DNA of 64,000 nt from a virus (taxonomy: Duplodnaviria; Caudoviricetes). The DNA lies in IMG/VR virus record IMGVR_UViG_2889931527_000001. One strand, given 5' to 3'. The notes beneath the pieces are model-generated. The model was given only the letters and a program-made list of their open reading frames with translations. It did no database searches and was not told the origin of the DNA. A program made the translations under genes and the position numbers. This document shows positions 19,889 to 30,679 of this stretch, piece by piece; the stretch's first letter is position 1; the number at the start of each line of letters is the position of its first letter.

Positions 19889-22800
19889 AAAGACCAGCGT
19901 ACTATAATTACTGTCATTCCAATCCGGACGGGAACGGAATGGAATATATTTCGTTTTTGGTCAAAAAGCCAATGATCGACAGTCACGGGCTGCTTAACGG
20001 CAGGGGTATTTACATCACAATGGACAACAAAAAACAAAAAACTGAGGTGTACAGCGATGTGTGGGTTGGAGGCGCACCAAAAAAACACCAGCGATTGCTC
20101 ACATTGAAGGATGAAATAATTACCGACATCGAGGTGCCTGCACTGATACGCAGGCTTGGAATTGAGGTCGATGAAATGGAAGTGGATAAACTATGAACGC
20201 AGTAGAAAATCAGGTACGCGAACTGGTCGCGGTCGAATTGGAATCGGCAAACCGCCAGTTTCCGCAGTTTCACAGCCCGCATGAAGGTTGGGCGGTGATC
20301 ATGGAAGAACTCGAAGAAGCCGAGGAAGCGTTGAGAATGATGCGGCTTGATACTGAAATCATGTGGCGAAATATCCGGGATAATATCGAGTGTAAAGTAC
20401 AAGCGAACTCTGCGTATGAACAATCAATAAAAGCCGCTTGCGAGGTCATCCAGTTTGCAGCCATGGCAAAAAAAATATTTGAATATGGAGGAAAATGAGA
20501 ACTGAAAAATGGGAAATATAATGGAGCTAATTGCAGAATATGGGGAAAGCACCCTCTTGCTTTTGAGTGCGGAAGCGAATACATTATGCAAAACGATGAA
20601 GCGCAAGTTGACGCGCTGGAACTGGTTTGCGAAATTTTCGATGAACTGATTCCGTGATATTTATTTCGGAGGATTAAACATGAAAATGGTACTCTGCGCA
20701 ACATGCGCCAAGAAATTAGAAGCAAAAAATCCTGAGAATAGCCGGAAAGATAAATGCCAGTGCTGCGGAATGTTACGTTGGTGTACTCGGTGGGACGTGG
20801 ATGGCTGAGTATTCGCTTGAAATCGAGCGGTATTTAAAGTGGAGGTACGGACGTTGAGCAAGGTAGTGCGTTGTGCCAAATGCCACAAGATATTGGCACG
20901 TAAATTTGGAGAGGACTATGTATCAAAACATCGTGGCAGAACTGTGATTATGCGCGGGCCAAGCATCATAGTATGCGAATTGTGCGGGCAGAAAAACACC
21001 ATCGGGAATGCAGCCAATTGGAGTATTGAGGATTTTGCAAATCGTTACCCTGTTACCGCAGAAACACTACGCGATGTTTGCCAGACAACATGCGAGTTCA
21101 TTTCATATACAAATCTTTCAAGCAAAGATATTGCGAAGTATTTCTTTGTCGATCAGGCGCATACACAGCCAAGACTATTCAAAAGGAAGCAAAATAATGA
21201 AAAGAAAAGTAGCTAAAGTAGTGTGCCCTAAGTGCGGAACAACTATTCTGGTAAATCCAAACAATTCGATGTTTACTTGCACTGAATGCGGAAAGCAAAC
21301 AGAAATACGATCCGCAAAAAGGCCAATCCGCAGAAACATCCAGATTGAATAATACAGGGGGAGTTGTTTTGGAAAAACAAGTGAACTACCGAAACAAATC
21401 AACATTGTGCTGGGATTGCAAACGTGCGACTGGATTATGCTCATGGTCAAGATACCACTCCCCTGCCCCGGTGCCAGGATGGATTGCTCAAGACACATCG
21501 TTCAGAGAAAAGATCGGTGGTATGTATTATATGCGCCAAAGATATTGTGTGCTGGACTGTCCCCTCTTTATCCCTGATGATGATAGCGACAGAGAATATG
21601 TGGATGATGACGGAATGGAGTGATTGGATTGAATTCGACCGTTTGCAAAGACAAACTGGACAAGTATTTTGAGGGACATGATTTGAAACGGAGCGATGCT
21701 TTGGAAATTTCAAATTGCATTAGTGCGTTGGAGCAAGAAAACGATTCACTCAAACGTAAAGTTTCTAACTTCCAAGGAGCGATTCAGTCGATCTTCGATA
21801 TTTCGAAAGGATATTCAAGCACGTGCAGAGAATTTGAGCAAAGCATCGCTCAATTAGAAGCAGTAAGCGGCTATTCCCTATCGCAGATCATCGACATGTT
21901 CAAGCAAGGATATACCTTGGAGTATCCAGAAGATACATTTCGAGAGCAAATGCAGTTGATTGCGTTGAAACATGAAATCGAAAAAATGCGCAAGGCAAAG
22001 GAAAAACTGTATCGCTAGAAGGAGAAATGATTTTATATGAGCGTGAAGCCGATTTTGTTCAACACCGAAATGGTGAAGGCTATTCTGGACGGGAGAAAGA
22101 CTCAAACGCGGCGAGTGGTGAAGTTTAAAAAGGGTCAAAACCCTAAATGGACAGGATATGTGCCGGATGGGGATGTGTTTGGGGATGATATGTTCCCTGA
22201 ATATGAATGTAAAAACGGAGGATGATTGAGGTGGAAATAAAATTATTGAAAGAACAAGCACAAACAACCGTGTCCAATCTGAGACATCAAGCAAGGGTTC
22301 TTGGTTCATCCGGCAAAGGATATGGAGAGTTCGCACGAGTGAATCGTGAAGCCGCAAGCCTGATTCAAGAATTGTTGGCACAAATAGAAACGAAAAATGC
22401 AGCAGTGAACTTTTGGTCCGCTCAATATAAGATGATGCAAATAGAAGCGTCTGCATGTTATTCGGAAATGAAACACTTTGAGAAAAAAGCAGCAAAAGCA
22501 GAAAAGCAAATCAAAAAAATCAAGAAGCATATGCCAATATTCTTTAAATGGAGGAAGCGCAATGGATGAACGCTGTTTGGACTGTAAGTATTTTGAATCA
22601 ACACATGAAGGTGCGTTCGGCGCGATTGGAGAGGATTTAGTTTCCTGTCGTATCTGTTGCGAGGATGAAAACCCATGTGGAGAATTTGAAGAACGGATAG
22701 AGTTGGAGGAATAAGCTATGGATAAACTTCCAAAATCTGAAAAAATATTTTATGCAGTGTTGCTTTTGATTTTTATTTTGTGCTGGGTTGCAATGATTTG

Positions 22801-24124
22801 GGATAGGGCAACATCAGAGGACTTGAATAGATTCCAACAAGTATATATGCATAACGGGAACGAAATCTACGTAGATACAGAAACAAATGTAATGTATTTC
22901 AAAAGATACGATGGGATGTCTATTATGACAGATGCAGATGGGAAACCTTTGATTTGGGAGGGTAATTAACATGGAATACAAAGAGCTGCTGAAAGATCAG
23001 GATTTTTCTTCCCCTCAAAAAATCGCTGATTGGATGCACAACGCGAAGGCAGCAATCGAAGAACTGCTTGCACGCGCCGAAGCAGCAGAAGCCAGAGCGG
23101 AAAAGGCTGAGAAGGAGCTTGACAGTTTTTTGGCAGAAAGTGAAAGAGTGATGTTTTACCCGTTTGGACGTAAGGAGGAATAAGCGTGGAGAAAACATAT
23201 AAACAATATTTGGAAGAAATCTTGTGCAGCCCGGTTTCCGATCAACTGACCGGGAGCCAAAGGAAAGCAATCGACGCAATGGCTGAACTTCTCGGATTCT
23301 GCGATTACGAAAAACTGTGTGAGCTGGCGAAAGCCGATAAGGAAAATCGGTGCGTGATTCACAAATTTGGTATTGGTTCTATCGCGTATGGAATATATCT
23401 CAGAATGTCTAAAAACAAGGAAATTAAGGCATATATTGTTAAACGTCGTTTAGATTCCTTACAAGAATGCTTAGCTGCTGAACGTGATGCATATTCCTAT
23501 TCTTCTCGCGAAGAAGCTGAAAAAGCAGCAAAAACTGAATTGGAAAAGATGAGGGCGTAACAGTGGAGCGCTTAACATATTTTGAAAACGGAAAATGGTA
23601 CATCAGAATTGGAGATACAGAGTTCAGCGGGAAATGGGTAAACAAACTAGCCGACAAAGAGAATCGGCTTATGCAGTATGAACGAATCGGAACCCCTTCG
23701 GAGATCAACCGTGTAATGGATGCCTATGGGCGCGGCATGACGCTAAGAACCGAAGTTGGTAAGAGACTTTCTTTGATGCGGGAAATTCCAACAAAACGAC
23801 TCCATGAGATAGCCGATGCCGAAAAAGATGGCCGTTGCATTATACTGCCATGTAAGGTCGGTGACAAAATGCAGTATATGGACGACGCAGATTCAATGGG
23901 GGTCGAAATCGTCGAGAAAATTGTTGTAGAGATCGAAACTGACAGCGGCATCTATTCTGTGGATGAATTGGGGCCAGAAGATTTCAAGTCACCACAACTA
24001 CCTGACCACGAAGGTAAAGAATCCGTTGAATGCGCTGACCAGATAAAAGAATTATCTCCAAGAGCCCAAAAGATATACTCCGATCTTGTGACCGGGAAAG
24101 CACTATATTGGGAAGGAGAACAAG

Positions 24125-24403
24125 ATGGCTGACCATGAATGCATCATTGGACTATATCAGTATGACGATTATGCAGATTTGATTACGTTGTCTGGTTTGA
24201 AACAGGAAATTGACGAACGGAAACGGATGAACGTTTTTTGAAAAAAAGAAAATACACATTATTCTAGTTACTTCATAGTCACAGAATACACGTTCGATCA
24301 GTATGCGGATCGCAGATTCAATACTGGACTATCGCATTTTAATTATTGTCCTGTTTGCGGGAAGAAGATTGACTGGAAGGAGTTGCGAGAAACAAATGGA
24401 TGA
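24125..24403 (+). pseudogene. Zn-ribbon gene with an in-frame TGA at 24239
   Basis: GTT TTT TGA AAA AAA GAA; the frame continues to FNYCPVCGKKIDW. Confidence 0.6.
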
Positions 24404-26620
24404 ATATATTAGCCGAAAAGCGGTAGAAGAAATGATTGAAGATGCACAAATCATTTCAGACGGAGAAAATTGCGGATATTGTACAGAGGATATTGAGATT
24501 AGCTCAATTCCAGCCGTCAATGTTATTCCTGTCAAACGCGCACATTGGATTATTTCGGAAACTGATTACGGTTTCTGCGAATCAATCGGAAAGAACTACA
24601 AAGAAAGGAAATATAAATGTTCGGCGTGCGGATACGAAACAGGGACGCAGGCAGAGAAGTTTATTTGCTGCCCGATTTGTACAGCAATGATGGAGGAATA
24701 AATAAAAATGAGTAAATCGCTTGAATTTTGTAAAGAAAGAGCGAAGAACAAAGAGATATCCTGCTTGTTTGACAGAAATTGGGACGATGCAGGAGAGGTA
24801 GAGTCGCTTGCTCTGTTTGAAAGAATCCTTGAAGGAAACAGGAAATATAAAATCAAGGGTGAAGAAGATGGAGAAGCGAGGGAGTTTACCATTTCTTTGA
24901 TCTTTGACCCTGATGCAGATTTTGATTATTTTACCAGTTCGCGCAGCATACATGATGGAACGATGGTATTCGTGTTTGAAAACATGGAGAATTGCGCGAA
25001 AAGAGTGATTTTAGCTGAAACCTATTACACAAAGAAGGGAAAGCCCCAACCCGGAGATACCATTCAATACACCATTGGAAACTTCGTGGTGCTTAACGAG
25101 TTTGACGAGAACAGGGATTTGTTTGCTCCGAAAGATAAACCTTATCTTCAAGAGAGAACAACAGTGTTGCTTCCGTTGAGATATGATTTGATTAATGGTG
25201 AATGATATGAAAAACGATGTTGAAAAGAAAGAGTACATTGAGAGATCGGAAGTAGAGAACGCGATTCGTGCGCTATACCCGTCTATGTCAACACCAGATG
25301 GTTCAGGTGAAAACGACGATTTGATTTTGGCAGCACAGGAAATGTGTGCCGATGCAATCAAGGCAGTGCGTGATGTTCCAACTGCCGACGTTGAGCCAGT
25401 GGTGCATGCAAAATGGAAATCTGTATATGGTACACATCGTCCAAGGGTTGCATGTACGAACTGCAAGTACGACGTAAAATCGCAACTCAAATATTATAAG
25501 CGTTGCCCGAACTGTGGCGCAAAGATGGATGGAGGTAAATAACCATGAAGTTCAGAGACCCGAAAACCGGTGAAGTGTTTGACGATATTATGAAAGCAAA
25601 AGACAGATATTGCAGATGTAAATACTGCAAAGATGATGGAGAAATTTCGAAAGAACGATTATGTAAACTACCAAACAAGACAACTGGGTATTCATACAGT
25701 TGCAGAGCGTTCTGTGTTGAACACCCAGCAGAAGCCGCACGCCTGATGGGCTATGAAGTAATCGAGGACAAGCAGAAGGAAGAAGGCGATAAGCCTAGAA
25801 TTTGTGAAATCCTTGGCGTTGATGTAGGCGAAAAATTTTGGTATCCAGGAGAAGCGGGACCATTAGTTGTAACGAAAGAGGGGTATGTTATGATCGCGGA
25901 AGAACAATATCAAATCAGAGATGAAATTGGAATATTTACAAACACTGAAAAGCTTACAAAGCACCCTGAAAAGATTATTCGGAAACCTAAATTGACTCCA
26001 TCAGAAGTGGAGGATATCAAAGTATTAAAGCGTCTGTTTGATGTAAAATTTGATAAAATCCTGTGCTTGTTTGCATGCAATGAAAGAATTATATTCCTGC
26101 AAGATAACGAATGCACTAAGATAAAGCTGAACAAAGACGCATTCCCTTCACTTGCACCCGGTCAATCAGTGCGTTTAGTGTAATTCGCTGCAATCAAGAG
26201 AATAATGCACATAAAATAAACTCACATAAATAATGTAGGATTTTGAGAAAATTCGTAAGTAGGTAGGAAAGGGTACGTGAAGCCGCGCAAAATCAAAAAG
26301 CGCTTCAAATACATACTATATTAAAAGGAGTTAAAACAAATGAAGGAAACTACTTACGAACACGAAGCAGGCAGAGAGTATTTCGCCATCACAGCAGCCG
26401 AAAGATGGAGTATCAGTATGATTAAGAAACTCCACGAAAAGCACCCAGAAGAAGTGGAGATCACCCAAAACAAGGACGGCTCCATCTATGCCAAAGTGCC
26501 GCTGTCCTGGATGCGGATTCACCCCAAACGCACTCGCACCATGACGGACGAAGAACGCGCAGCGGCAGCAGAACGGCTCCGCAAAGGAAGAGAACAAAAG
26601 AAACTGAACCAGTAAAACAA

Positions 26621-26660
26621 GAACCGGCCATTACCATTCAATCGGTAGTGGCCGGTTTCT
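26621..26660. terminator. Bidirectional terminator ending the early operon
   Basis: AACCGGCCA..TGGCCGGTT between convergent genes. Confidence 0.75.
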
Positions 26661-27096
26661 CTTTTGGCTTGGTCGGTGATTCTTCAATTCCTACCCTCAT
26701 GCTATGAATACGTTCCCAACTCCCCCTACCAAGAACAAACGGATTTAAAATATACGTCCCCTTCGCCACTCGGATGATGATGTGAGCAGCAATCAGCTTC
26801 TTCAAAGCATACTCGACATTGCCAACCGTGCATTCGGCAGCTTCCGCAATCTCTCGCTTGATATGGGAATTTACAATGACCTCCGGTTTCCTCCCCGTGG
26901 GCGCGCTTTGCTGGATGATGTACTGCAAGATCAAGCTTTCAGTCTTTGAACGTGAGAATACATCTACCCCGCTCCCAATGTACACCTTCACATAAGGCTG
27001 CTCCGGCTCCTTCCCCGAAGTAAAGACAGAGTATTGATTCGTTATCTCCCCCGTCAAATTATCAACCGTCGTATACGTCTGTATCCTCTTTCGCAT
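26638..27096 (-). CDS. RepL-like (Firmicute plasmid/phage replication-maintenance) wHTH protein
   Basis: VDNLTGEI, YVKVY, HTH, GTYILNPFVLGRG; RBS GGAGG. Confidence 0.75.
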   Translation of the reverse strand: MRKRIQTYTTVDNLTGEITNQYSVFTSGKEPEQPYVKVYIGSGVDVFSRSKTESLILQYIIQQSAPTGRKPEVIVNSHIKREIAEAAECTVGNVEYALKKLIAAHIIIRVAKGTYILNPFVLGRGSWERIHSMRVGIEESPTKPKEKPATTD

Positions 27097-27174
27097 GCCG
27101 ATTTTCGTCCACCTCCAAAATCCAATTTTCTGAACTTTTTCGCGCTCTAAACGCATATGGAAAATTTTGTGTTG

Positions 27175-27240
27175 TAGTCCAGACTACCATACTACCATAG
27201 TCTACACTACCATACTACCATAGTCCAGACTACTATACAG
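27175..27240. repeat. About three 23-bp iteron-like repeats upstream of repL
   Basis: TAGTCCAGACTACCATACTACCA / TAGTCTACACTACCATACTACCA / TAGTCCAGACTACTATAC. Confidence 0.85.
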
Positions 27241-28722
27241 TTTTTCAAAAAATCATTTACTGTAACCGATTTTTTGAGGTTTTTCCGAATCGCTTCCTCT
27301 TATATAATCTATGCCTACCTTTACCATCCGAAAAAGTTCAAAGTTATAAATTCGTTTTTGGTGCCTCCGCCCCTCACCCGCTCCCACGCTGCCACCTATC
27401 TGCAACGCCCCTGCCCCATGCCCGGACACCATGTGAACCATGCGTGGAACCTGTCCGATCTTCACCGGGGAAATCTGCCATCACGAAGAATTTACCCTCC
27501 GCATTGCCCTAGAACGCTGGTATCATGCTTCCTGATATGCAGTGCGGGGAAAATGAAATGTGGGTCAAGGGGTGTGTGGAGAGTATAGCACACACATGTT
27601 TCGTGTTTCCAAAACTGGAGGCTACTTGAAAACTACCCCCTCCCACAGCAGGCGAAATGTGAAAAAGTCCTCCTGTTCTGGAAAATTCAAGGGTGAGACT
27701 TCTCATTCCAATGTGTAATGAGAAGTTAAAAGGCCGGATTTTTGTATAAAATGACCACAAAATTATCGATTTCTGGAATGATTTCACTAGTTGCAACTAG
27801 CAAAATCACCAAAAGCCTATTTCATACTTATCAGGTATGAATTGATGACCCTCCGAGAAATGAGAAAATTTGTAAATATCCTGATTCTGTAAAATGGATA
27901 TAAATTCCAGACGAGTATTATCCCGAAATCCGGGTAACAGCCGATGTCATGATTTTACATACTTTTCCAAACCATTCTCACTTCATTCTCATTCTCATTC
28001 TCACCCGTTCTCACTTTTCACATCATTCCCCAAAAAATAAAATACAGGGCGTATGACAATCTGTATTTGCTCCGCACCCCAAAGACAAGGCCTGTACTGC
28101 TCCGCATACAAACAAGGTCTTTGCCTGGATGTCTTGTATATAAAGCGGTTTTCCTGCGCTGTATTTGATTTTCGCTTTTCGGGTATGTGTTTATATGCCT
28201 GTTTGGCTTACGTTGTTTCTGCGCGTTCTGCGCGGCTGTATGCGGTTGGCTTGTGTGTATGTACTGATGATACCATAATGATATGCTTATTGTCTATCCC
28301 TCTGAGCTGCCCCGTGGTTGCTCTACTCATACCCTATACACTCTGTACACAAGGACCGCACAAAGTGGCATATACGGGTCATGGGGTGAAATGCAAGGCC
28401 GGTTCGATCTGGGCTTGTGCCGTTGCTGCTGATCGTGGTTTGTGCTGCGCCCTGGCTGGCTCTCTCCCTATACGCTCTGCAAGTGGCTCTGTATATGTTG
28501 CGCGTATTGTGATAGCATGTTGGAACGGATGCAAGACAAAAGAAAAGCCGCCCCGGATGGGGCGGCGTACAGTTATGATATTTCAACGACTCCAAATTTC
28601 CGCTTGTCGGGGTCGTGTTCGTTGTTCCATTCCATTTCAGCGATAGCTTTGAATCTATCATCGGTCTGCAAAATACAATGGCGATAGCGCATAGAGTCCT
28701 CAACAAAAACCATATACATAGA

Positions 28723-28914
28723 TTATTCCTCATCCGTAGTATAAAAGTCATCCAGACTGATATTGAGTGCATCGCATATTATGCGCGCCGTAGATATGCG
28801 GCAATCTCCGCGTCGCTCAATATCTTCTATGGTTCTTCGTGACAGGCCACATAAATCTGCAAGCCTGGATTGTGATAGACCAGCCTGTTGGCGTAATTGC
28901 TTGAGCATAAGCAT
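28723..28914 (-). CDS. XRE HTH regulator
   Basis: LRQQAGLSQSRLADLCGLSRRTIEDIE. Confidence 0.85.
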   Translation of the reverse strand: MLMLKQLRQQAGLSQSRLADLCGLSRRTIEDIERRGDCRISTARIICDALNISLDDFYTTDEE

Positions 28915-28921
28915 ATGTGCA

Positions 28922-29077
28922 TCAATCCTTTCCGCGTGCCGCTTTTCGTATTACAAGCACAAAAACGGCTAGAGCGTTTATGATAACTAATGTCCGATTA
29001 GCTGGTTGCCATTGACACGCGACAGCAGCGATAAGATTCGCTATCAGGAGTAAGACAAGGAATTTTCGTTTATTCAT
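28922..29077 (-). CDS. Small hydrophobic peptide (51 aa)
   Basis: Own translation MNKRKFLVLLLIANLIAAVA... Confidence 0.5.
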   Translation of the reverse strand: MNKRKFLVLLLIANLIAAVACQWQPANRTLVIINALAVFVLVIRKAARGKD

Positions 29078-29147
29078 ATTGATTTATCCGGTGGAATAGA
29101 ATAGAATAAAGAAGTGGAGGGCTTCCGCCCTCCGCCCTGGCTGTCAA

Positions 29148-29255
29148 CTAAGACTTTAATGCTGTAATCAAAGCCGCTAGTGCAAATACTGCTTCGATTA
29201 TCAGTTCAATTATGTCTATGGTTGATGGCCTTTTCTTTTTTGTCCTTTTGCCCAC
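29148..29255 (-). CDS. Probable type I toxin peptide (35 aa, basic N-terminus + TM)
   Basis: GTG start after AAGGAGG; MGKRTKRKRPSTIDIIELIIEAVFALAALITALKS; convergent promoter. Confidence 0.6.
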   Translation of the reverse strand: MGKRTKKKRPSTIDIIELIIEAVFALAALITALKS

Positions 29256-29330
29256 CGGACTACCTCCTTTCCTTTAGTATGGTTAAATTATACCACGTAT
29301 AGACGTGGCAGTCAATAGGAAATCCAAAGT

Positions 29331-29834
29331 TTATTTTGCATTTTCCAAATATTTTTTTGTGCGTCCTCTTGCCTGCTCAATCCTGCGCCAAGTGGTGGAT
29401 GGTGCTGCGCCTATGTGCTGTGATATTTCTGTGATCGTGTATCCATAGGACAGCATTTGCACCAGCTCGCCGCCCCTGTCTATTGCGTCGCGTATTGCGA
29501 TGGCATCGACCATTGTATCGGGTTCGGGGGCGTCGATGTCATCGAGATCTAAATAATGGGTATGTTTTTTTTGTGCCCTGATAGCGCGGCGCACTGCTTC
29601 ATATGCTGCCCGCCGGATTTTTGAATCTGGTGTATCGTCTGTCTGGTTCGATGACTCCTGCATAATAATGTATGCGTCCGCGGCTAGATCGGCGTAAGTT
29701 GTGTATGTGCGGTTTAGCTGGCTTCCCGTGCGTCGTGCATAATTGGAGGCCGCAATTTTTACGGCCTCCACAAGTGCGTTATATTGCCGCAACTCTGCGG
29801 CGTGCCTCTCCCGCTCGGCGTTGTAGTCAATCAT
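29331..29834 (-). CDS. Sigma-factor-like / C-terminal HTH protein
   Basis: GYTITEISQHIGAAPSTTWRRI region-4-like HTH. Confidence 0.55.
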   Translation of the reverse strand: MIDYNAERERHAAELRQYNALVEAVKIAASNYARRTGSQLNRTYTTYADLAADAYIIMQESSNQTDDTPDSKIRRAAYEAVRRAIRAQKKHTHYLDLDDIDAPEPDTMVDAIAIRDAIDRGGELVQMLSYGYTITEISQHIGAAPSTTWRRIEQARGRTKKYLENAK

Positions 29835-30034
29835 TTATCCCACCTCATAGCCATTGATGCCGACAAAATATTCCTGGCCCATAGTGTTTACAAATGCGCT
29901 GTCCCCGTCGCCGTCGGTCTGGATGTCCAGCGTTTTGATGGTTGCAAGGTGTCCGGCGGTGAATGCCATAGCGGCGGTGATGATGATAGCAATGATGGTC
30001 TTTTTCATGGTTTTAGCCCTCCATACAAAATTTT

Positions 30035-30385
30035 TTAGTGATTGTTATTTTTAGTGGCGGTCCAATGCTTGCCACACTGGCGCACAAAATAAAGGTGTCG
30101 CCCATAATCTTCGATTGCATCGCCGGACGGGTTCAGTCCGTGCGACAGCATTGCCATAATACAATGCTTTTTCAGTTCTCGCAGTGCTGCGAAATAATCG
30201 TCTCGCCTTGCGTCAATATCGTATTCGACAAGCAAAATAACTTGGTGCAAGTTATCAAAAAATCCGTCAAGGTCGAAATCTACGGAAACCACGCCCAGAA
30301 TTTTCAAAAGATCGTTTTCGAGCGCTTCACACTGATTCAAGATGCCGAACCGCTGCGCGGTTTCTTTTTGTTTGTTGTCTTTCAT
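30035..30385 (-). CDS. Hypothetical protein
   Basis: RBS; co-oriented operon. Confidence 0.6.
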   Translation of the reverse strand: MKDNKQKETAQRFGILNQCEALENDLLKILGVVSVDFDLDGFFDNLHQVILLVEYDIDARRDDYFAALRELKKHCIMAMLSHGLNPSGDAIEDYGRHLYFVRQCGKHWTATKNNNH

Positions 30386-30389
30386 CGCT

Positions 30390-30665
30390 TTATATCTCCA
30401 CTCTGACTATCTCTAATCCTTCGTCTGCTACATCGGGCAAAAATGTCCCCAGCATTTCCGGAGTTGTATAAATTTTGTAACCGTCCGCGCTTTCAAAACA
30501 TACAAGCTCTGTTTCTTTGTCGCACAGATGTAAAACATATTCGCGCCCGGCGTACAGATAACGCGCCCCATCGATATAATAAGCAGTCGCGTCCGCGCGC
30601 GTTTCTGCGGCTAGTTCCTCTATTGTTTTCGTAAGCTTTCCGCTTTTGTCTCTGTATCTTTTCAT
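30390..30665 (-). CDS. Hypothetical protein
   Basis: RBS; co-oriented operon. Confidence 0.6.
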   Translation of the reverse strand: MKRYRDKSGKLTKTIEELAAETRADATAYYIDGARYLYAGREYVLHLCDKETELVCFESADGYKIYTTPEMLGTFLPDVADEGLEIVRVEI

Positions 30666-30679
30666 TAGGTACTCCCCCC

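Larger units (their letters stand above)
16602..26615 (+). other. Array of about 25 small co-oriented early genes, many with Zn ribbons (e.g. 16933-17364, 18124-18546, 18539-18751, 18912-19226, 24396-24701, 25207-25542, 25545-26183, 26340-26615)
   Basis: Tightly coupled ORFs with GGAGG RBS; CxxC..CPxCG motifs. Confidence 0.8.

Noticed and set aside
27253-28646. ORF-track entries in the non-coding tract
   Set aside because: No convincing RBS, atypical composition, no recognisable motifs
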